Source: a virus
Taxonomy: Duplodnaviria; Caudoviricetes
DNA length: 50,898 nucleotides
IMG/VR virus record: IMGVR_UViG_3300030372_003784
Location: 1 to 50,898 of that record
Reading direction: 5' to 3' (one strand)
In this document: positions 45,851 through 50,898 of the stretch, one piece after another
How the letters are laid out: every line of letters starts with the position of its first letter
How positions within the stretch are numbered: the stretch's first letter is position 1
The notes under the pieces: model-generated
Told to the model about the DNA's origin: nothing
The model's database searches: none
The model's input: the letters and a program-made list of their open reading frames with translations, nothing else
Translations under genes and position numbers: made by a program

Positions 45851-46282
45851 ATGATGCCAGGACGTAGAAAACCACCAAAAGAGAATACAGTTGATGAGCT
45901 CACTGCTGTTAGGCGTAGTATGCCTAAGAGTAACGCTGCTACTGGGAACACTAAAAAAAGCAGGGCTGATCAGATAAAGTTTCTGAAAGCCCGATCAGCA
46001 GAGCAAAGAGCAAGAGCTAAGAAAGAAGCAAAGGCTCGTGCAGACAGAGCGGCTAATAAAAAGAAAACACTTAAATTCTCAGAGTTGCTAACGGGCAAGG
46101 GGGTTAAAAAGAAACGTCAGCAGAAACCCTCGAACAAATCATCCATGCGGAAACCCTCGAACAAATCATCCATGCGGAAACCCTCAAACACACCTTCCGT
46201 GAGAGAAATGCGTGAACAACTAAGTGAAATTTTATTGCAAGAGTACAGACCCGATGAAATAAGCGACAAGTTTGGCCTTTAA
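45851..46282 (+). CDS. basic hypothetical protein with 9-aa tandem repeats
   Basis: Lys/Arg-rich; KPSNKSSMR repeated. Confidence 0.6.
   Translation: MMPGRRKPPKENTVDELTAVRRSMPKSNAATGNTKKSRADQIKFLKARSAEQRARAKKEAKARADRAANKKKTLKFSELLTGKGVKKKRQQKPSNKSSMRKPSNKSSMRKPSNTPSVREMREQLSEILLQEYRPDEISDKFGL
46123..46190 (+). repeat. 27-bp tandem repeat, about 2.5 copies
   Basis: GAAACCCTCGAACAAATCATCCATGCG twice plus a partial third copy. Confidence 0.9.
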
Positions 46283-46284
46283 AT

Positions 46285-46575
46285 ATGTCTAAGGGTTACA
46301 AGAGACTTCCTTCTGGTAAGATTAGTTATAGGGGTGAGACCTTTCCTGGTTTCAATAAACCTAAGAAGGCTCCTGCTGGTAGTAAGAAGAAGTTTTTTGT
46401 ATTAGCTAAGAGTGGTGATAAGATCCGTAAGATAGGCTTTGGGCATAGAGACTATCAAGATTTCAGGCAGCACAAAGATCCTAAGAGGCGTAAGAACTTT
46501 AGGGCTAGGCATAATTGTGCTACCGCAAAAGATAAACTAAGTGCTCGTTATTGGGCGTGTAAGAAACTTTGGTAA
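46285..46575 (+). CDS. small basic conserved phage protein
   Basis: K.IGFG...KDPKRRKNFRARHNC...SARYWAC pattern. Confidence 0.75.
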   Translation: MSKGYKRLPSGKISYRGETFPGFNKPKKAPAGSKKKFFVLAKSGDKIRKIGFGHRDYQDFRQHKDPKRRKNFRARHNCATAKDKLSARYWACKKLW

Positions 46576-46754
46576 TGAAGAAAAAAAAGTCAAAGGTTAA
46601 CGAAGCTGGTAATTATACCAAGCCAGGAATGCGTAAGAGATTGTTTAAACGTATTATGGCGGGTTCTAAAGGTGGTAATTCAGGTCAATGGTCTGCAAGA
46701 AAAGCTCAGATGTTGGCTAAAGCATATAAAAAAGCAGGTGGAGGTTATACATAA
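46575..46754 (+). CDS. small basic protein (DUF5872-like, N-terminal part)
   Basis: NYTKP.MRKR...GSKGG..GQWSARKAQMLAK.YKKAGGGY; TAATG overlaps. Confidence 0.7.
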   Translation: MKKKKSKVNEAGNYTKPGMRKRLFKRIMAGSKGGNSGQWSARKAQMLAKAYKKAGGGYT

Positions 46755-47023
46755 TGGCATTACGTGAGCCACAGAAAAATTTAAAACGCTGGGGAGAGCA
46801 GAAGTGGCGTACTAAATCTGGTAAGCCTTCTGCTGAAACAGGAGAGAGATATCTCCCTGAGCGAGCGATTAAGATGCTTTCTTCTGCAAAATATGCAGCA
46901 GGAACCCGTAGAAAAAGGAAAGCTACTGCTAAAGGTGAGCAGAGAGCTCCTTATACTAAAGCTGAAAAATCTGCCTTCATTAGGGCAACAGGTAAAAAAT
47001 ATAAAGCTAGAAAGAAAAAATAA
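46754..47023 (+). CDS. small basic protein (DUF5872-like, C-terminal part)
   Basis: QK.LK.W..QKWRTKSGK....GERYLP..AI..LS pattern. Confidence 0.7.
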   Translation: MALREPQKNLKRWGEQKWRTKSGKPSAETGERYLPERAIKMLSSAKYAAGTRRKRKATAKGEQRAPYTKAEKSAFIRATGKKYKARKKK

Positions 47024-47024
47024 C

Positions 47025-47093
47025 ATGGCATACACTAAAAAACCAAAAACAAAACCAAAACCAAAACCAAATTATTCAAAATCAAAGGCATGA
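47025..47093 (+). CDS. 22-aa basic peptide
   Basis: MAYTKKPKTKPKPKPNYSKSKA*; fills the gap with an ATGA overlap. Confidence 0.45.
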   Translation: MAYTKKPKTKPKPKPNYSKSKA

Positions 47094-47311
47094 AAGTAGA
47101 CAATAAAGAGTTTAAGCCTCATCTGATGTTTGAGCCTAAGACTGGAAAGTCTATGATGGCTGATACGATGGAGGAGCATTTAATCTTCAAAGAGCTAGGT
47201 CTAGTTCACGAAGATGAGTTAGATGAAAAGCATAAAGGCAAAGCCAAGAAAGGTGGAGCTGTTGTTATTTCGTTTATGGATGCTGTTGAGGATGGTGTGA
47301 ATAAAAGTTAA
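47090..47311 (+). CDS. hypothetical protein
   Basis: 73-aa ORF, FKPH.M..P..G...A.T..EHL pattern. Confidence 0.65.
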   Translation: MKVDNKEFKPHLMFEPKTGKSMMADTMEEHLIFKELGLVHEDELDEKHKGKAKKGGAVVISFMDAVEDGVNKS

Positions 47312-47749
47312 TTGAAGCAGTTAATCAAAAATATTATTACACCTAAAGAAGCTGGTTATCTTATAACTTTAACTAGTGGTGAAAAGATTTCAGTCAAACA
47401 TCCTAAAATTAAGAAAGACATAACTGATAAAATAAAGAGTGTAATAAACAATTTGGTTCAGGTTAGTTGGGATAATCCTTCTTATATAAAACTAGAATGC
47501 AACAGGCAAAAGCCACATAACTGGCACCTTGATACAGGAAGCAGGAATCATATGGCGTGGTGTTCTTATGGTTGTTCAATTTTATTAAATGACCAAGAGG
47601 GAGCAGGCTATTTAGAGTACAGGGATGGCACTGTAATAGAAGCTGAAGACCACTATTGTAGTCTTGCTATTCATAGTAGTGATGAGGAGCACAGGACGAT
47701 TCATGAGCCGAATAAGAGGACAACATTGCTAGCTTTTCTGACAAGTTAA
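47312..47749 (+). CDS. putative 2OG-Fe(II) oxygenase
   Basis: WHLD (HxD), SILLN, G.L.Y, distal H (EEHRT) and R..L; TTG start. Confidence 0.65.
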   Translation: MKQLIKNIITPKEAGYLITLTSGEKISVKHPKIKKDITDKIKSVINNLVQVSWDNPSYIKLECNRQKPHNWHLDTGSRNHMAWCSYGCSILLNDQEGAGYLEYRDGTVIEAEDHYCSLAIHSSDEEHRTIHEPNKRTTLLAFLTS

Positions 47750-47756
47750 TCCTTAT

Positions 47757-47785
47757 TTGCATATTTATATTTTTAAGGTTATCTT
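47757..47785 (+). promoter_or_regulatory. putative capsid-operon promoter
   Basis: TTGCAT-N17-TATCTT. Confidence 0.4.
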
Positions 47786-47803
47786 TTTGTAGTTATATGA
47801 GTC

Positions 47804-47883
47804 GGTTGCTCTAGCCATTAATTAGTTCAGTCTTTTATAGCTAACATCAAATTTTGCTGGTTGCTCTAGCCATTGAATAGTTC
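47804..47883 (+). repeat. 25-bp direct repeat pair in the capsid leader
   Basis: GGTTGCTCTAGCCATT(A/G)A(T/A)TAGTTC at 47804 and 47859, 23 of 25 identical, 30 nt apart. Confidence 0.85.
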
Positions 47884-47975
47884 TAGGCAGGATTTACAAC
47901 ATTTTGAACTAGATCGCTTTACCGACCGAAAGGGGAGCGGTCTGCCTTAACTTAAACTATAAATTATTAAAATAG

Positions 47976-49331
47976 ATGGCTCTAGAACACCCAAATACCG
48001 TTACATCTCCTGATAATGCTGGTCCTATTGATGTTATATTAACTCAAGAGGCTAACAGAATCGGTGCAGATATTCACAAGGCTACTCTCCACACATCACC
48101 GTGGATTGACCTTATTAAACAAGGCACATTCCCTGAAGGAATGGGCTATTCACTAAGCACACTTATCTATGACCGTGCGCTTCCACTTAGTCCTAAAGAC
48201 AAAGAGTTAGGAGAAGCTTCAAACGCTGGACTTGATTCTTCTGTTGATTGGCAAGCTGTTGGAACAGAGCTTGCTGCTGCTGATTCTGTTGGTTATACCG
48301 CAGGACAACAGGATAAAACTTCTGCTTTTGGATCAGGCAAGACAAATGTAAACGTCATTGACTTTACTAAGAAGCTCAAGAGTTACTCTTTGAAGAGAGC
48401 TGTTATTGAGTCTCCACGTATTAATGTTGAAGAACTTCGTTTTGCTGCTCATCGTACAGAGCAACTTCGTGCTATTATGGACCTCCTTAAAGAGGCTACC
48501 CGTAATTCATGGGAAGATAGATATCGTAGAGAATATGATAGACTTGCTGATAACATCGTTCTTTGTAAGACTGCGTCTTCTTCTACTGTCACAGGTGTCG
48601 AGAACACAGCCGCTGAAGCTGTTGACGTAGATAGATCTCCTGATGATGGCACAATTGATATTAATGCAAATATCTCCAATAAGATTATGGATGATATTTA
48701 CTTTAAGTTGATCCGTGCTGGTGCTGGTGCAAACTCTTATGGCCGTGAAAATGGTCGTCCAGTTTTCTCAGTTGTCCTTTCATCTGAAGCTTCTTATCAG
48801 TTGATGACAGAAGCTGGATTCCGTGATGATGTTCGTTATAACAACTCTGCTGTAAGTGATCTTATTGCACCATTAGGTGTAGAGAAAAGCTTTAGAGGTT
48901 TCTATCACTTGATTGATGATTTGGCTCCTCGTTATAGCACTACTTTGAAAGACATCAGTGGTGATAGTCCTGATGGAGGAACAGAGTTCCTTACTCCAGT
49001 TCTACCATTTACACATGATCATGGTACTACTAAGACTATCATTCCAAATACAGCTTATGAGACTGCTGATCTTGAGGCAGCTTATGTTCTTGTTGATAAC
49101 GTAATGGAGTCATTGATTCCTGCACCTATCACTAACGTGAGTGGAATGTCATTTGATCCTGTTAATTACAAGGGTGACTTTAAGTGGACTAACATCCGCT
49201 CAGAGACTAAAAACCCAGATGGAACTAACGGTTTCTTCAGAGGTATACTTGCTTCGGCTTCTAAGCCAATTAAGACTAACTTTGGTTACGTCATATTGTT
49301 CAAGCGTACAAGTACTACACCTGCTGCTTAA
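47976..49331 (+). CDS. major capsid protein
   Basis: 451 aa, follows the scaffold region, long dedicated leader and a strong downstream hairpin; assignment mainly positional. Confidence 0.75.
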   Translation: MALEHPNTVTSPDNAGPIDVILTQEANRIGADIHKATLHTSPWIDLIKQGTFPEGMGYSLSTLIYDRALPLSPKDKELGEASNAGLDSSVDWQAVGTELAAADSVGYTAGQQDKTSAFGSGKTNVNVIDFTKKLKSYSLKRAVIESPRINVEELRFAAHRTEQLRAIMDLLKEATRNSWEDRYRREYDRLADNIVLCKTASSSTVTGVENTAAEAVDVDRSPDDGTIDINANISNKIMDDIYFKLIRAGAGANSYGRENGRPVFSVVLSSEASYQLMTEAGFRDDVRYNNSAVSDLIAPLGVEKSFRGFYHLIDDLAPRYSTTLKDISGDSPDGGTEFLTPVLPFTHDHGTTKTIIPNTAYETADLEAAYVLVDNVMESLIPAPITNVSGMSFDPVNYKGDFKWTNIRSETKNPDGTNGFFRGILASASKPIKTNFGYVILFKRTSTTPAA

Positions 49332-49338
49332 TTCTAAA

Positions 49339-49366
49339 GTGGGGTTCCCGTAAAAAGGAACCCCAC
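49339..49366 (+). terminator. hairpin after the capsid gene (terminator or stabiliser)
   Basis: GTGGGGTTCC-N8-GGAACCCCAC; weak U-tract. Confidence 0.65.
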
Positions 49367-49395
49367 ATAATATTAATTTTAATTATTAAAAAATT

Positions 49396-50049
49396 ATGCC
49401 AACTTTAGATGATACAACAACGCTACAACAAAATGCTGCTGTGGCTGCAAATGATGCACTTGCTATAGTTAACAAAGGTTCGGTAGCTTCAAGTCAAATT
49501 GAACAAGTACCTGCTGCTTTATTAACTATGGGGTATACACATGCTTGGAGGATTGATTATGATCACCCGACGCTTGCTGCTAACACAGATGCTGATGCTG
49601 TTATTGGGCTTCACACTTTTGGGGTGGGGGATGTAATAACTAAGTGTGCTGCTGTTGTAGTTACTGGGTTTGATGATACGGCTTCTCCTTCTGTTACTAC
49701 AGGAGTTACATTAGATGTCGGTATTGATTATTCCGATGGGACTACTGATGATCCTGATGCCTTCATTGATGCTATGGCTATAGGAAATAATGGCAGTGTT
49801 ATTTTCCGTCAAAACACAGGAGCTGCTCTTAATGCAGATGCCACGGGTGAAAAGCTTAATACTGGTCTTTCTTTTTCAGTTGCAGCTAATTTAGAAGCTA
49901 CGATTACCGCTGCTGGTTCGGGCGACTATGAAACTGACCATTTAGGCCAAGGAAGTGTCATTATTATGGCGCAGATCATTGTTCCTTCAGAATTCAGTGA
50001 ATTAGTTTCGGCTACTACAACTGATATTACTGCTGGTGGTGCTGGTTAA
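49396..50049 (+). CDS. putative capsid decoration / virion structural protein
   Basis: Ala/Thr/Gly/Asp-rich beta-type sequence directly after the capsid gene. Confidence 0.55.
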   Translation: MPTLDDTTTLQQNAAVAANDALAIVNKGSVASSQIEQVPAALLTMGYTHAWRIDYDHPTLAANTDADAVIGLHTFGVGDVITKCAAVVVTGFDDTASPSVTTGVTLDVGIDYSDGTTDDPDAFIDAMAIGNNGSVIFRQNTGAALNADATGEKLNTGLSFSVAANLEATITAAGSGDYETDHLGQGSVIIMAQIIVPSEFSELVSATTTDITAGGAG

Positions 50050-50070
50050 TCAGTAACATAACAAATCACA

Positions 50071-50117
50071 ATAATCCCCGATCCTCTTGATAAAGTAGGG
50101 GATCGGGGTTATTTTTA
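50071..50117 (+). terminator. intrinsic terminator
   Basis: CCCCGATCCTCT-loop-AGGGGATCGGGG followed by TTATTTTT. Confidence 0.8.
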
Positions 50118-50135
50118 TCTAACCAATTAATTATT

Positions 50136-50573
50136 ATGCCAGAAGTAGCAGGACAAGACTTTCCATACACCGAAGAAGGGGTTGCCGCGGCTGAAGAAGC
50201 TGCTAATGAGATGCAACCTGAAGAACAACCTATTGATGAGCAATCTATTCTTGCGGCTTTGATGGGAGAAATGCCAGATATGGCTGAAGAATCAGTTGAA
50301 GAATCAGTTGAAGAATCAGTTGAAGAATCAGTTGAAGAACCCTCAGAGAGTTCTGAATCTACAATGCCTTCCTCTGAATCTATGTCTCAACTTTTTGAAG
50401 TTGTCTTTGGTGATGATTTTGATGCAAGTGATGAGGTAGATGTGGCAAAAATGAATGATATACAATCTTTCTTAGCACAAGACCCTGTTATGGCAGAAGC
50501 TGTAGCTGCTGGAGAGCTAGGATTAACTGAAGTTGCCTTAAAGTTTTATAGATCTTTAAGTAACCTGACTTAA
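50136..50573 (+). CDS. acidic hypothetical protein with EESV repeats
   Basis: 145-aa ORF; MP.V.G..FPYT..G..AA start. Confidence 0.7.
   Translation: MPEVAGQDFPYTEEGVAAAEEAANEMQPEEQPIDEQSILAALMGEMPDMAEESVEESVEESVEESVEEPSESSESTMPSSESMSQLFEVVFGDDFDASDEVDVAKMNDIQSFLAQDPVMAEAVAAGELGLTEVALKFYRSLSNLT
50285..50339 (+). repeat. 12-bp tandem repeat, about 4.5 copies
   Basis: TGAAGAATCAGT four times plus a partial copy. Confidence 0.9.
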
Positions 50574-50574
50574 T

Positions 50575-50898
50575 ATGGATCTAACATCTATAAATTTAGT
50601 ACAGCAGATATCCGCAAATGTAACTTCTACTAGTGGTTTAGAAGGTAGTGTACGTGTAGGAGGTACAAACACTACAGCACTTACTACAACAAATGCTGAC
50701 AGTATATTTGCTTTTTCTCTTACGAGTGGAAACGTTTCAAATCAAGTCATTTGGAATATAGATACAAGTTCTCTTGAAATAACAGGGGCTTCTTATTCGG
50801 GAGATAATTTAATTTCTTCTAATCCTGTTGGGGCTAGTGGTAGCCCTTCAAAAATTATAGATGCTGCTGGAGCTCAAGTAGCTAACAGTGCTACTGTA
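50575..50898 (+). CDS. 5' part of a truncated probable virion structural protein
   Basis: ATG 50575, open to the window end (MDLTSINLVQQISANVTSTSGLEG...), Ser/Thr/Gly-rich. Confidence 0.65.
   Translation, partial: MDLTSINLVQQISANVTSTSGLEGSVRVGGTNTTALTTTNADSIFAFSLTSGNVSNQVIWNIDTSSLEITGASYSGDNLISSNPVGASGSPSKIIDAAGAQVANSATV

Noticed and set aside
47804-47883. Mini-CRISPR array (25-nt repeat, 30-nt spacer)
   Set aside because: Only two imperfect repeats, no recognisable CRISPR repeat ends, no cas genes, and the spacer appears to pair with the repeat as part of a leader structure.
1-50898. Prophage boundary, integrase, retron/DGR or stop-codon recoding
   Set aside because: No host genes, recombinase or reverse transcriptase motifs were seen, and long genes are intact under the standard code with TAA, TAG and TGA all used as stops.

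Overview
The window is part of a tailed dsDNA bacteriophage genome, probably podovirus-like, cut at both ends. From left to right: a lysis cassette (two small holin-like genes, an overlapping spanin-like pair, an Amidase_3 endolysin); a leftward replication module (primase-SF3 helicase, family A DNA polymerase, putative SSB, DUF2800-type exonuclease, T5orf172/GIY-YIG nuclease, SF2 helicase, RuvC-like resolvase, HTH protein); a rightward block with terminase large subunit and three probable internal virion proteins, including a 4141-aa polyvalent protein with zincin and ADP-ribosyltransferase-like segments; a leftward early/accessory region (C5 methyltransferase with a fully overlapping second ORF, many small genes, several structured non-coding elements); and a rightward head module (portal, scaffold, small basic proteins, 2OG-Fe(II) oxygenase, major capsid). 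I saw no integrase, tRNA, rRNA, CRISPR-Cas system or reverse transcriptase. The most striking signals are the dual-frame methyltransferase, a ~650-nt hairpin-dense non-coding tract (39495-40150) with repeated UACG-loop hairpins and switch-like alternative pairings, a three-way-junction RNA candidate whose loop is antisense to a recurrent leader motif, an annexin-like repeat in a putative ejected protein, a palindromic element present twice 27 kb apart, and gene-start duplications that mark cassette-like insertions. All family assignments come from motif recognition by eye; no database search or folding calculation was run.
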